The notes under the pieces are model-generated. The model did not search any database, was not told where the DNA came from, and saw only the letters and a list, made by a program, of their open reading frames with translations. A stretch of DNA of 64,000 nt from Schmidtea polychroa. Lineage: Eukaryota. Of the stretch, positions 13,851-28,068 are shown in pieces. Numbering within the stretch: the first letter of the stretch is position 1; each line of letters starts with the position of its first letter. The stretch spans positions 15,996,001-16,060,000 of the forward strand of contig CM097885.1 in NCBI GenBank assembly GCA_044892525.1, in the 5' to 3' direction. The translations under genes were made by a program, and so were the position numbers.

Positions 13851-16454
13851 ATTTTTTAAAATAAAAACTTTCCAAAACAGTCGCCAAATTTTGCCTCCCT
13901 TTCCAAAAACGTTACATACCCTTCACATATACATACTATTTATTCTTGTATGAAATATTTTTTTCTTATTTAAACAAAGTGTTTTATAATACATTAAAAC
14001 ATATAATAAATTAAGCATTGTCAAATTATCATTATATTTAATTTTTAAATAATACAATAGAATGCAATATATCAAATAGTATAAAACAAGACAAAATTAA
14101 CATATCATTACAGAGTAAAAAACATAATAAATATCTTATTATGTAATATTTTTATTTTTTTGCTAAACCATATATTTACATTATACTCTATGAGCTATAT
14201 ATTTAACTTTTATATTAAAAATAATATTTCAATTTCTCAAAAAATATAACATTTACTAATATTGTATTCATTATTAATATTTTCTAATATTTAAGAAACT
14301 ACAAAATTAAAAGAATAATTGTTATCAGACAGGTTTTAGTGCTTTCCTGTTAGTTGTTATTTTTTATTAATTTATTTTTAGTTTGATCTCTAATTATTAT
14401 TTATTTAACAACTTTAGCTTATTAGCTAATTACATGAATATTCTATATATAATACTTTATGCTAAATTACACTTAATTTTTTAAATGAACACTAGTCGAG
14501 TTTTTCTTTACCAATGGCGGGTTTTTACTTCTCTTGTAAATTTATCTATGTTTTCAATTTGTACTATTTTATCCGGTAATTTATTATATATTTCTACTCC
14601 TTTGTAAATTATCCCTCCTCAAGTACAATATTTACTTTTACAGCCTTTTTGGCTTTTTCAAGTTTTTTATTATTTCTTTTATTATCTATTATCTTTTTTA
14701 TAATCTTTTTTTTAAGTTTTTTATTATTTCTAGTATTATAATTATGTAAATCTATACCTCTATTTAAGTATTTATTAAAATAATACAGAAGTAATTCTTT
14801 ATCTAATTTATATATAAATACAATAACATTCACTTTTATATCATCGTTTACCATTATAATTTATTAATACAAAATATCTGAAGAAGTACAAGGTGATTAA
14901 TTCAATTTTTAATTTTTGTATAAGGCAGGTTGGAGTTTACAAATAAACAAATGGATTTTTATGATTTTTTCAATTATGGTGTTTATTTGTAATTGTGTTA
15001 TTTTTATAATTTCATAACCCAATTTTAACAACCTTGAATTGTAAAATTTATTTGTAATTTCAAACCTCCGAAAAAACACATGTATTGTGGTTGTATATAA
15101 ATAAATACAATGATGCATTAAAAACGTACTTCATATTAACCAAAGATTATGCAGAATTCCTACACAATAATCATATATGATGCATATAATTATGTAATAT
15201 GAAGAGCAATCAAATACCCAATTATAATTATATCATGATTAACACGCAAACATTTGCACTAGCCTAAATGAACTATTGGAATGTAATGGCTAACTCTTAA
15301 TGATACATACTAAAACTTTATGCTTTTGAACATGATCCAGAGAATTTCAATAGAAATGATGTGCCTATACTAAATGTCTAAAGATTTATTGTTATCATCA
15401 TGATTTTTTGGACAAATTGATTATAGAATTACATTTATTTTCATTTAGAAATTAGGTGCACTTTATCGTTAATCAAGTTTGAATTTTGGACCTTTTCTAA
15501 TGATTCGCCATTCACTACAGATCGTCTCGATGATGAGGCCACTAAGACCCTTTACACTTACAATTCCAATTATGGATTGATAGAAAGTAAGCAGTATTCA
15601 TATAGAATTCACCTTTGAAATGCTTACAAATTGTTCATTTTATCCACCACTTAACTATTTATAACAGTATTATCGTCATTTTATTATCAATTAGCTCTCT
15701 TCATTCTGATCATTTGCGTAATAATCAGATGACATAATTCAATAGATATATTTTGTACTTCTCCACTTATAAATACAATTTAGGTTTATTGATTGTCTGA
15801 GAACCATGATTTATAGATATTTATTTCATTACGTCACAATTTTACTAATGTTCCAATAATTATAATATTGTCAATATTACTGCTAATATAGTTAATATTA
15901 TATTTATCATTATTGTTGGTGTATGAAGGGGAGAAGAAAGTTTTCGTAGTCAGACATGTAACCCCATACATCGGTCTCAGATTTACCCAACATACATCAC
16001 ATGACCTTGTTAATATTCCCTCATGTGAGCCCGTGGCGGTGTTCCCACGTTGGTGCTGCTCACACGGGTTGGAGTAGGTTAACAGGTGAGCCCCTGCCTT
16101 AGGACTACTCTTAACCCACTCGCTGTACAGGTTCTAAGGTGCCCTAGAAGGACTTACCCACAATCTCATTCATTCTCGGGTCGACCCTGGTCCAAAAGGA
16201 CGACCTTCACGCAAATGTCATACATTCAGTTCATCAATCGAATCGGGTATTTCGCTCATCGTTCTCGTAAAATAACTCATTAATTATCAAATACTTATAT
16301 TAATCATACGACATACATTAATTTATACAATAACAAAGGTTTCACAAGAATCAAATACACGATCACTAAAGAAAATGAGAATTTGTCATACACTAGAGAA
16401 GAGGTCGCGAAAACATTCTTCCCGGTAGACCAACACCGTAGTCACCTCTAGTTG

Positions 16455-17213
16455 TTAAAAAACCTCTCCGTCGGCGAATACTTCGTCGATATCCACCGGC
16501 AAGCTACGGTCTGCGAGATATTTAATGCCATCGGCCGGTACGACCCGAAATATTTCTTTGGCCGGAATCACGTGGGAGCTTGAAACCTCTTTAAGGGTGG
16601 ACTGGGCCACTGATAATGAAGCCTCCAATGTGGCTATCGCGTCTCTGCGTTTCTGATTCTTGGCGGCCCTAGTTGGCCGTTTTCTTTTACGAGAAGGCGC
16701 CGGATGATTCGCATCGGATGCGGCGGAGGGCGCCACCAACACTGGAGCTAAGATCGGGTCGGAAGAACCACCTACTAAGGGCTGATAACCGGATAATACT
16801 GGAGCGGGAATGGGCGGCAGATAGGAGCCGTGCCCTTGACAATTCGATGTAGATGCTTGCGACGACTGGTGGTGTAGTGGAAACACATTAGTACTGTCTG
16901 AGACGGGAAATTCTCGGACCCTTTTGGCCAATTCTGCCTCCGTATAGACCTTGTGGAGGGCTTCGGATTGCGCTTTAATGGTCAACCGTTGACAACGGCT
17001 CTCCTCCAGCAGGCTATCCCTGCAATGTTCCAACCGGAGTATTTTCTTTCGCTCCTCCTTCATTTGTGGCGGGGAGAACCACGTGCCCTCATAGAGGTCA
17101 ATGCGCTTTTTTAGAGCCCCAATATATAGGTGCAGTTGCGCAATATCCGAGTTCTTGTCTGCGCACGAAAAGCACGGACGAAGTTCTTTAATCGGATTGG
17201 ATTTTGAAGACAT
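16455..17213 (-). CDS. Orphan 252-aa ORF in a retroelement-like island (CxxC, coiled coil, Pro-rich, basic NLS-like segment)
   Basis: Intact ORF, GC-richer than its flanks. LRPCFSCADKN, FSPxQMKE and SEALHKVY are conserved in a diverged copy at about 27050-27340. Confidence 0.55.
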   Translation of the reverse strand: MSSKSNPIKELRPCFSCADKNSDIAQLHLYIGALKKRIDLYEGTWFSPPQMKEERKKILRLEHCRDSLLEESRCQRLTIKAQSEALHKVYTEAELAKRVREFPVSDSTNVFPLHHQSSQASTSNCQGHGSYLPPIPAPVLSGYQPLVGGSSDPILAPVLVAPSAASDANHPAPSRKRKRPTRAAKNQKRRDAIATLEASLSVAQSTLKEVSSSHVIPAKEIFRVVPADGIKYLADRSLPVDIDEVFADGEVF

Positions 17214-20200
17214 CTAGAAATTCAGAAAAACATGTAATAATCAATAAGTTTGCTTGCGCGAGGTATTCGAATTCAATTATACATGCAGTATCATAGTCAA
17301 TTATTCCACTCAGCAACACTCACAGCAATGGTCAACATTCAACATCCTTTTATTTTTAACGGTTTTATCTCAATAGTTTTTCAACTTCGGAATATGCGCA
17401 ATTTATTTCATATCTAATATTAATATTATTCGTCTTATTTTCATGATTGGAAAAACCACAGAGTATTCGATCGATAAGGCAGAAGCTTAGAATATCATAG
17501 TCCTAGGGAAACGACGCGTATTAGTAACACGATTTTTACTTATAAAGAACAAAAAAAATTAAGAAACTTTCATAATTTGTCAATATTATTATATAATTAT
17601 TTAAAAGTTTAATTCAATTTTGGAGCGTGAGCGTAGTCATGGGAATCCCTCACTCTATCTCCATGTCGACGGTTACTATACTAGTGTGTATGCTTGCGGG
17701 AATTAAATCTAGCTACGCGAGGGACGATTATAGTGTGTGCATTGCCGTAATTATTTATGAGTTTCTCCTTCTGTTTCTCCACTAAGGTATTACTCAATCA
17801 AGCACAAGTTATCTATGTGGGTGCATGCATGCTATCGTGATTTGTTATTTGCTCTGTTACTAACCGACTAGTGGATGTGTATCGTGGAATTTGTCATTTT
17901 CTCAATGTTATCGGTGGAATTTACTCAACGAGAAAAATCGGCAATGAATTACGAGGTCGACGTTCTACGTTTAGGAATTATCGCTATAATGTTCAAATCT
18001 GGCTCTCTCTTTATCGTTTGACAGGTCATATCTACTATAGTCAGTCGTCGATGAATGGACCTATAAAGTGGTCATTGCCAGCTAATCTATTTGCTGATAT
18101 TTTCCGACGGCTCTCTTACCGATCTGTCGTCGTCTCTTTGAAAGAAAAATCAAATCGCAAGAGCAAATCTTACCACTGGCTGTTACAGAGTTTCGCCCAA
18201 GCTGAAGTGAGTGTTTACATTTGTTATCGCGAAAATTTTCCTGTTCCGTCTAGATTCGACGGTTATCGATGACAAGGGCCTGTCAAGATGAATTTTCACG
18301 TCTACTGCGTTGAGACGAAGTCAAGGAGAGGGATCTAGCCGCTAACGTCTTAGCGATGTTCATCTCAAACTAAATCTAAGTTCAGACAAAATCTCCGATG
18401 AATCCCGTGGATTTCTACAAGGAAACACTGCTCGTTATCGTGCCTGCATCCGATCTAACGATCCTAGCCGCATGGAAATAAGAAGTTTACGAAGGAAAAT
18501 TAATCGTTTCGTCTAAAATCGAAATCCTTGGAGGTTTTCTGTGATTCTCAACCGATGGATTTCCTGTATCCCGTCAGGTTCCCATCTTCTCAAAAAAATA
18601 TCGGGTGAAATTGATCGATCGTCACTCGGTGGGCAGTTTTCTGGTGTAAAATAACTGTCATTCTTCAGATGTCCTCACTCCTCCTGACTCACCTAAGAGC
18701 GGCAATCATCGCTGCCACCGCCCTTAGACCGCCAGGAGGGACGATTCCATCTCCTCAATCATTGTTCTTTAATGTTCATAAAATCATTGTAAAGTTGAAT
18801 GATGTAATTAAATAAATGGATACATTCGATGTGAGATTATCTATTATATGATAAATTACTTATCTGGCGACCACGCCGTCTGAGTCTCGAATATGATGCC
18901 GCTCCATTCTAATCGAATTATTTCATCATTTCATTTTATTGGCCTACTGGCTTCGCATAGATCCTCAATATCGCTTCTAATAGTCATTCTCGTAGCTTCT
19001 TCTACCGATTTATCTGAATTTTCCGCATCATATTGGATTCCCAGACGACATCGACGCCAGTAGCATGGAGAGAGAAAAACATCTATATGATAATAAATTT
19101 TTATTAAGAATAAAATATTTTATTAATTCATTTATATAAATTAATCGCAAATCAACATATACGTTCTACTTACAATAAGTTCCCTTCGAGAGTGTTGCAA
19201 ATAGTAAAAGTTCGAATTGTCAACTTGAATTGATTTCCCTTTGGTTCAGTTAGACTCCTGTAGTGGATTTTCGTCGAGTTGTCGTTAGAATAATGCTTGC
19301 TATACTGCTAACTAGTCCTGTAGGGGTGCTTGAATGTAGTTCTGTAGAGTTTGGTTAAAAAGTGGTTGTTAAAAAGAATAAAATTTTACCTGTAGAGTTT
19401 GGTTAAAAAGTGGTACTCTACAGATATTTTCCATTTCTTTTATATTATTTTTCGTCCAATCAGGACGTGACTTGCGTGTAATATTATTATTTATTATGAT
19501 TTTTATGTTTTTTAATGTAATAAGGTATATTTTAATGACTTTTTCCTATTTTTATTATTGTTTTATTTATTTTTCTATTTTTTATTATTTCTCTCCTGTT
19601 TTTCCTGTGACTTTATGGTTTTTTGGTTATATTATAAATTTTTTGTTTTAATTAGTTTATGTATTTATTTGATGGTGATTTATTTTTATTTTACTTCCTA
19701 ATTTCTGGTTTATTTTCCTTACATTTATTATTTTATTTCCTTATGCTATTATGTGTGGTGTGTTATTTTCTTATTCATCTTATTTTTCGTCTTTTATTGT
19801 TTTCATTAGTTATTTTCCTCCCTTTATTTCCGTTATGTTTATCTAATCTCATTTGTTCTTCTATTTTTCGTGCTTTTCGTGCAATTTATTTTATTCCCCT
19901 TATTTATCCTGAACCTGTTTTGCAACACNNNNNNNNNNNNNNNNNNNNNNNNNNNNNNNNNNNNNNNNNNNNNNNNNNNNNNNNNNNNNNNNNNNNNNNN
20001 NNNNNNNNNNNNNNNNNNNNNNNNNNNNNNNNNNNNNNNNNNNNNNNNNNNNNNNNNNNNNNNNNNNNNNNNNNNNNNNNNNNNNNNNNNNNNNNNNNNN
20101 NNNNNNNNNNNNNNNNNNNNNNNNNNNNNNNNNNNNNNNNNNNNNNNNNNNNNNNNNNNNNNNNNNNNNNNNNNNNNNNNNNNNNNNNNNNNNNNNNNNN

Positions 20201-20546
20201 NNNNNNNNNNNNNNNNNNNNNGTTCAGGATAATGTAAGTGTTACCATCGAACTGCGGTTCAAACCACTACAAAAAAAGAGGTAAATATAAAAAATGTTTT
20301 TTGAATGATCAGCACAAAGATTTAATAATATCCTGGTTAAGTGAAGATTGTTTTGAATGCTATTAGAACAAAGCTTCAAAATGAAAATAATATATCAGTA
20401 AGTGTTTCGACGATTGATCAAGCAATTACCGAACGTAATAACAATTTGAAACTTATTACCAAATTACCAGAAAAGTGAATTGCTTATGAAACCTTAAGGA
20501 AACGCGAAAATAATGCGAAAGGGTTTTTAGATCTTAAACTGTTCAA

Positions 20547-21240
20547 TACGAATTCTTTTAATAATTAAACGAATTACTTTATTTAATCTTTCATAAAATT
20601 TAGATTTACNNNNNNNNNNNNNNNNNNNNNNNNNNNNNNNNNNNNNNNNNNNNNNNNNNNNNNNNNNNNNNNNNNNNNNNNNNNNNNNNNNNNNNNNNNN
20701 NNNNNNNNNNNNNNNNNNNNNNNNNNNNNNNNNNNNNNNNNNNNNNNNNNNNNNNNNNNNNNNNNNNNNNNNNNNNNNNNNNNNNNNNNNNNNNNNNNNN
20801 NNNNNNNNNNCTTTTCAAGAGCTAGTGACCTGATTTAATATTAAATAATGTAACATTTCGTAAATTTATTCACTTTTTTATTCGCTGAATTTTCATATAT
20901 AATAATAATAAAACAAAAAAGATTTCATGTAAATTATAATTTAAATTCACAAATTTGATAAATTTTATGAATGAATTTTACTTATCAACAAACAACGAAA
21001 TTTATCTTGAAATCTTGAAATTTTAGGAAATTTATAAATTAGGTTTCAAAGTGAAGTTGAGTCCAATACGCAATCTACATCAATACCTTGGGGTGATAAG
21101 TGACGGTTATGGGGTTTAAGGGGGGGGGTCATTAAAAAATTTATAAATTATAATCTAAAATGAAACGTAAGTTGAGCATACATAATAAAGTAATTTACAT
21201 TATTGAAGTTGGTACTTGATTGATGGTCAAATTACTTGAG
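20547..21240. repeat. Segmental duplication block C, copy 1 (matches 32234-32778; part at 51278-51475)
   Basis: Colinear similarity from TACGAATTC to CAAATTACTTGAG. Confidence 0.85.
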
Positions 21241-21479
21241 GGGGTTATAAATAAATTATAATTTTAAAATCCAAAATTTAAGTTAGAAATTTATAAGTAA
21301 ACAATTTACATTAATACATTTAGGATGAAATTAGTAGTGGTAGCACTTTAGGGGGTCATAAATAAATTTTGTAAATTATAGTGTAAGAATCAAAATTTAA
21401 GTCAGACATATATAAGTAAGCAACTTACATTAATACATTTTAGATGAGATTAGTAGTGGTGGCACTTCTGGGTCAGGTA

Positions 21480-22790
21480 GTTTAAGAGTGAATTGTATAT
21501 TAGTGCTAGTGGAGTTTGCATGTGCCAAGAATATATTGAGAGGTACCGCGGAGACAATGAAAATGTCATTAATGTATCTTTTCCACATCAGGATTTTATC
21601 TCCGAAAATAATCTAATCTTAGATTCTATATAATGCATGTAGAAAATGGCTAAAATCGGCGAAACGTTGTTACCCTTGGCTAGACCATGAATTTGTTTGA
21701 ACGGTTTTCCTTTAATTAATACAATTTGACAATTTCTATGAAATCTTGTTCAGATAAGTCGGCAAAAACAGTTTCTGGTTTGAAGGTTTCGAAGAAAGAA
21801 GATGCAACTGTGAAGACGTTGTTCTCTCCAGTGAGAGGGATGGATCCATAAAGATTTGAAACATCAAGAGATCCCCAAAAGTATTGTTGCTCTAATGATG
21901 TTGAAAGAGATAGGTTTGTAATTTCTGAAACAAATTGGTTTGTGTTTTTAAGATGACAGGGGATAAAATTTATTAGATTTTTAAGGATTTCAGCAAGAAT
22001 CCTTGAAAGAGTTGTGAATGGCGTGTCAACAACACATACAAAAGGTCTATCATTTATAGGATCTTTGTGATCTTTGAGCAATATTGTCATGGTACTATGT
22101 AAAGGTTCACTGCAATTGCATTTTGTAAGTAAATTTCTGATTTCGAGGTTAGTCTGTTTGTTAGCAATGACAGCAAGTTTCTTATTAAATGCGATCTGCG
22201 AGGAGGATGGTAAGATCATTTGGTTTATTGCGGTATAATTGGCGAGATGTTCGTTGAAGAGTGATTCAATAATGATCTAAGTTAAGCGCCATAAGTCATT
22301 TTGTCTTATCTGAAGGCAGAATTGTTAAATCTTTAAGGTTTATAAGTGTTTGTATATTACGAGTGAGAGATTTTTGTGTCGAGAGTTGCTCTTTTATGAG
22401 ATAAGCCTGTTTCTTGACAATTTTCTTAATGTCATTTTCCATACTGATAATGTTCTCATCAATGTCATTTGGAAGGTCCGGAATGTTGCCGTATGTTCTA
22501 CGATTTGGATTGAGAAGATGATTATATATTTCAGCGATGTTCGAAAATTCTGAATGAGATTCGGTTATTGATTTTTTTTGTTTTTAGATGTAATCCAACT
22601 TGTCTTCTTAGACTTTCAAAAGTAGCATTAGTTATAATTTCAGTTTTGTTAATATCTTTCAGGTTTAGTGTTGGCACGAAAGCTGGTCCCTTACTAAGAA
22701 GATTTTCTTGTGCTTTGGTGAAAATGTAGTCGGATTTGTTTATAAAAGGTTGCGTTGTTTCTAAGACCTTGGTGTTGTTAGATGTTTTTT
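21480..22790 (-). pseudogene. Penelope-like element reverse transcriptase remnant
   Basis: LLSKGPAFVPT, LKDHKDPINDRP, HLKNTNQFV, SLDVSNLYGSIP, GLAKGNNVSPILA and RYINDIF are degenerate PLE RT motifs with stops and frameshifts. Confidence 0.8.
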
Positions 22791-22821
22791 GAATAAGCTT
22801 ATTTAATCATATGACTTATGT

Positions 22822-22850
22822 GCCCGAGCAACGCCGGGTAGCCCAACTAG
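22822..22850 (+). mobile_element. Helitron-like 3' terminus (copy in block A2)
   Basis: Same hairpin plus CTAG-T as 1574-1602. Confidence 0.55.
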
Positions 22851-24559
22851 TCACACTATGAATAAGCAATTTATGATGACTGAATTAATGACATTGATTT
22901 GTTTTGACTTTATCTCATATAAGCATCAATTTATTATAGAGCATTTCAGTAAAATATAATGGAATATGAAATTTCTGTATACAAGGAATATAAATACGAG
23001 GAGAAACCGGGTAGTAAAAAATAAATAAAAATTATTAATTTGTTTTACTTCACTCATTGTAACAGATTAACATTTAGCTTTTTAATAAATAATAATTTTT
23101 TTATTTTTATGTTAGTGAAAACCGGTTCAGTAGAATATAGTAAACAATAATGTAAAGATCGGAAATGTTTAAGCGAAGTTTTGAGAATTAATATTTTGTC
23201 ATTTGTTTTTAATTATTATTAATAACTGAAAATAGACTTTTCCATTTGTTTAATATTTTCTAATTATTTTCTTTATTTTTATTTTTCCAAAAATTTCCAA
23301 TAATGATATCCAAGCATTTCTAAAAGTTATTATTTCCTAATTAAATAACATTTAAATAAGTTACATAATGCACATTATTTGTTGATTTTCCATTGTTAAT
23401 GAAAACGTATGAGAAAATATTAAATTTATTTTTTAACTAATTATTTTAAATTAATTGTTGAAAAAGTTAAAAAATAAACGAAAACCAGAAAAATTAAACA
23501 AATTTAAATTAAATTAAAATGAATTTAATTGCGCGATTTAACTAAACATACCATGCAACGCCTCTCAGCGTTTGGGCAACGGATACCGGGGAAATAGCAA
23601 GATGTCCATAGAGGTAAATACTCAGGGACAAGTAGAACAAAACCAAAACAATTAATTAAAATATTTGAATGGGGTCAGCGTCTGAGATAAATTAGGATTT
23701 AAAACGGTGGCTTTCTTTTTGCATTTGCAAGTTTGCATTTTAGAATTACAAATCTTTATGAAGCCTTATAACAATGAAAGACAGATCAAAACAAAATTTA
23801 CGATGCATTCCAGAAATAAAGGCAAGGCATGATTTGAGTTACTGCAAGAAAACCTTTTCCAGCCCCTTTAAAATCACTCATTAAAATTTATTGGTTTTTA
23901 CTTGATTAATATATAATATATATTCCTTCATGTCCTTTTATTAGAAACCTCAAAGAAAATATATTTGAAAATTTGAGATCACAGATAAAAGAGCCTGGGA
24001 ACCTGCTGATACAAAGGATTTAATGGCATTGAAGAAACATAAAAATAAAAATAATTCATCAAATATGTTTTCAAGAATAGATGTTTCCTAAGGTTGAGGC
24101 CTTCATTAAATATGGAAAATATAAAAAACATGAAACGAAAACCGTTTTTGGTCGTTTCGAGAAGACCAAAAAGTCATAGCCATACAATATGATCATATAT
24201 ATCTGCTGACAAGTATCAAGTACAAAGGTGAAACCCCATTAAAAGGCAATATTTTGACTTTCAAAGACATTGGTAATTTTGAAATACAATTCATCATTTC
24301 TACAATCCTTTTCTTCGGTAATGGAGATCTCTTCAAACTGACCATCTAGGCCCAGCGATTCCTGAGGGGGTGCAGCATAATTCGGTACATCATCTGTCAT
24401 ATTAGCAAACGATTCAATTAATAAAAATATATTTACCTATTTATATAGCATAGTTGTAGTGGACTATTTCTGGCATTGTGACAAATTCTATGTTGAAATG
24501 CAATTCTTTGAGTTCCAATTTTAATAGATCCTGGGGATAAATAAAAAAACAAAATATTA

Positions 24560-24560
<1 letters not shown>

Positions 24561-24621
<61 letters not shown>
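24561..24621. repeat. (ATT)n microsatellite
   Basis: About 20 consecutive TTA units. The equivalent position in block A1 is an N-gap. Confidence 0.95.
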
Positions 24622-24944
24622 GAGGAAGTTGAAAGATTCGTAAAGATTAATTAGAAATTTTGTTAAAATTTAAAATATATTTTTATTGAAAAATATTTTA
24701 AAAAGAACGAAATTTATAATTTTTAAAAAATATTTTTATCAAAGAATGTTTTAAGAAAAACTGAAATTTGTTTAAATAACAAAAATAAGATCAGGCAAGT
24801 TTTTGAGTATGTCATTTATTAAATAAAATTTATGGAATTATTTAGGGATTTGAAAACGGATGTTCACTAGCGCATTCACCATCATATCCACTAGTACACT
24901 CATTAGCACATTCTCTAGCACATCCACAATCACATCCACTAGCT

Positions 24945-25674
24945 TATCCAGTCATGGAGAAAACCCTTGGAGGCATATTGCAATAATGAACACGGCTAGA
25001 ACAAGCACTCATAGACACTAGGAAAATCTTCCAATCACCCCTACACCCAGCACAGAAATATCACATGATACTCGATTCAAAGAGAAAGAAAGCAGTAATG
25101 GGTTTCGACCAAAAATTTAGAGCAGTGATTAGAGAAGTATTGCTAGATAAAATATCACAACTGAACTATAGATGAATACCTTATTCAGAGCATTATACAT
25201 TCAACACGCTCCTTAAACTCGAATGACAGGTTTTGTGAGATCATTATTCAAGCTCTTAAATTATACTTTTTATCAACAATTTTATTATAAATTATAATTA
25301 AATTTCAAGGTTTTTTGAATAATATCAGAACTAACACAAGCGAGAGGAAAAAACAATTGCGAAGCAGCACTTTCCTGGCTAAATGGTGATTTATATGCCA
25401 ACATCAAAAAAGCCTCACATTTTTCGAAATTTAGAAAATCATCGATCAGGCTCTTAATAAAATATGGCAAATCTATTAAAATAAAAGAAATCGAAAGTAT
25501 TATACAGCTAGGAATAAAACTTCGCGAGAACTGTAAATACTGCTTCATAGACAATCTCCACCATATCTGAAGAACTTCATAATAAAATAGCTCTAATAAA
25601 TGCAGAGAAATGGCACAGAAATATATGCCAAAGCTATTAGTGAAAGCAGATAATTTGACAGACTCGCAGTTTCT
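24945..25674 (+). pseudogene. Internally deleted second copy of the non-LTR RT remnant
   Basis: Segments match about 5960-6006 and 6549-7190 with deletions. Confidence 0.8.
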
Positions 25675-25675
25675 A

Positions 25676-25730
25676 AAATTGTGGCGCCCGGGGCAACTGT
25701 CACCCCCCACCTCCCCTCGCTACGCCACTG
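25676..25730 (-). mobile_element. hAT/MITE-type terminal sequence (right end, GCTACGCCACTG)
   Basis: Ends in the reverse complement of CAGTGGCGTAGC and has a GC-rich subterminal GCGCCCGGGGC. Confidence 0.45.
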
Positions 25731-27049
25731 GATCTAGACGAGAATGCGTTTGTAGAGAAATGACAGCCAAACAAACCCTTTCATGAGTAGCGCCGTATCA
25801 ACTATAGAATTGATTTTCTGCATGATAGAACCTGGGTAGTTGGCATGACATCTGGGATATGATGATGAATAGATTCCAATCACCATTCTTGCCCAGTCAC
25901 ATCGAAAATTGAACTGCAGATAATCATTTCTCACGACACTAGGCAACACCTATGATGAGACGAAACACACAGCATCTAATCCACTTTCGTCACAACTCAC
26001 GCTGTAAATTTCAGAAAACGCCAGGCTTCGCATTTCATGATAGGGGAGATCGTGGGTAAACGGCATGCGGTGTCTAAATGACATAATCACTATATATGAT
26101 TAGTAGATAACAGCAGTAGCACGATACGAGTCTAATCCGAGAGGTAATAAAGCGTGCGACATTTGCGAATTGTTTTCTCACACGTAGATAGATAGACGGG
26201 CATTTAATCAAAGCGCTGGTGACCAGTTCTCAACTTGTAATTGTAGATGTAAAATAATTGATAATCATATACTGAATACAAATTAAGCGAATATACCACT
26301 CACGAGGCAATGATGATAGTAATAACAACTACTACGATACTCATAATGCTAGTAACCATCAGAATTATAAGGATAGGCTCATTTGTAATAACCGATAATA
26401 ATAACAGATAATAAAAGCTCTGATTATACATACAATGATGACCCCAGGGATCAGGGTAACGGAATTAATATCAATAATTAGAATAATAATAACCATAATG
26501 AAGAGGGTGCCCGTAATGATAAATAATGAACAGAAAGCTGCAGTTAGCGAATCCAGTTAGCCATTTGGATAATTACAAAGGGTGGGTTGTATACAATTGT
26601 TCTCTCTAGTAGGTTTTTGATTTATTCTAAAAATCGAGTAATATAATTTCATTGGGAATGCCTTTTCCTACGAATAGATTATTCCGATGCGTCACCCGAG
26701 TAGTTTCGGTTAACTTAATTAGATAGTTGGAGTTTGATGAGTTAATTAAATTGTTAGATATTTTATGCAGGGACCCACAATATAACCTGGTTAAGCGACT
26801 TACTAACTAGGGAACTAAATCATTTACTTAAATAAAATAATTCCGTTTTGGGTTAACGAGCCTACTGGTTGGCATCATCAAAAATGGGAGACCTCTCTAG
26901 CGCAAAGGTATGGGACGAAGTTGATATATTTTTATTTGTTCTTCTAATTGGCGTCGACAACCATGAGATATGATTGCGTATTATGATTTATTGCTACGCT
27001 TGTCCTTATATTGCATGAATTTACTGTCTTTACCTGGTTGTTTTAGGAA

Positions 27050-27340
27050 TGATTCAACTATTCTGCGGCCATGCTTCTCATGCGCCGATAAGAATGCCAT
27101 CATTAACACCATGCAGGCTCAGATAGGATTGCTAAAAATGAAATCGGATCATCTAGAGGGAATCTACTTTTCTCCTGCGCAAATGAAGGAGGTACGATTA
27201 AACACTGCCGCGATGGTATGATCGAAGAGAGTCCCTCATTACGGCTATTAATCAAAGAACAATCAGAGGCCCTGCACAAGGTCTACGTGCAAGCGACTAT
27301 TACTAAGAAGATCGCTAATATACCGATAGCGGAGGAAGAT
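27050..27340 (+). pseudogene. Frameshifted homolog of the orphan ORF at 16455-17213
   Basis: LRPCFSCADKN...EGIYFSPAQMKE in one frame and IEES...SEALHKVY in the next. Confidence 0.7.
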
Positions 27341-27677
27341 TCGTGTAAGCAAATGCAACACGATATCATTTTTCATTGTAGATATCAATCCAATCAAACC
27401 AATTCAGAACCCACACAGAAGGAATTCGAAGAAACTCGACAGCAAATCAGAACAAACCAATCCAGAACCCGCACAAAGTGGAAAGGAACCAGGAACGCAA
27501 GGGATAAACAACGGATAATCGAATGGCGCTCAAATCCTCAAGTAATCAATACGATTTATTATTTTCAGTAGATCAATTGGAAAAACTCAAAAGATCAAGA
27601 TCAGTACGACATAAGAGAGAATAGCAACAGCAACAGCAAAAAGGGAAAATGGAGATAACCATAATCAAGAACCAAAA

Positions 27678-28068
27678 ATGAATCAATTCATACCAGGAGC
27701 GCACCAAATTTTCAAACAACCACAAGGACGACCAAATGAAAATAGTAGTGATCGTAACGGCCCGAATAAAGGGAACAGCTTCAACAGTAGGAGAAATATG
27801 AACGATAATAAACAATGCCGAACATGTGGGAAATCAGGACATTGGGATAGAGATTGTAATCGAAACGCGAACTGCAACAGGTGCGGGCAGAGAGGACACA
27901 CGGAAAGCATATGCCGAGCAAGAGGATGATATAAATTGCGGTCAATTGGGACACATCACGAGAGAATGTCGAGAAAGAAACCAACAACAACGACAACCTC
28001 AACCAACCAATAATTACGTACCAAATCCGCAACGACAACAAACAACCCAAGCGAGGGAAAACAAATGA
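27678..28068 (+). pseudogene. Retroelement Gag remnant with three CCHC zinc knuckles
   Basis: CRTCGKSGHWDRDC, CNRCGQRGHTESIC and (C)xNCGQLGHITREC with a frameshift; Gln/Asn-rich context. Confidence 0.7.

Larger units (their letters stand above)
22812..24862. repeat. Segmental duplication block A, copy 2
   Basis: Near-identical to 1562-3815. Confidence 0.9.

Noticed and set aside
19659-20818. ORFs spanning N-runs (also 56223-56882 and the tail of 62510-63391)
   Set aside because: Artefacts of translating through assembly gaps.
13784-25730. One 12-kb hAT element bounded by CAGTGGCGTAGC ends
   Set aside because: The flanks (TTTTCACT versus GATCTAGA) do not form a TSD, so the ends are treated as independent.
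18865-26962. PBS-like TGGCGACC (18865) and TGGCGTCG (26949) defining further LTR elements
   Set aside because: Neither is preceded by a terminal CA, and no paired LTRs could be found.
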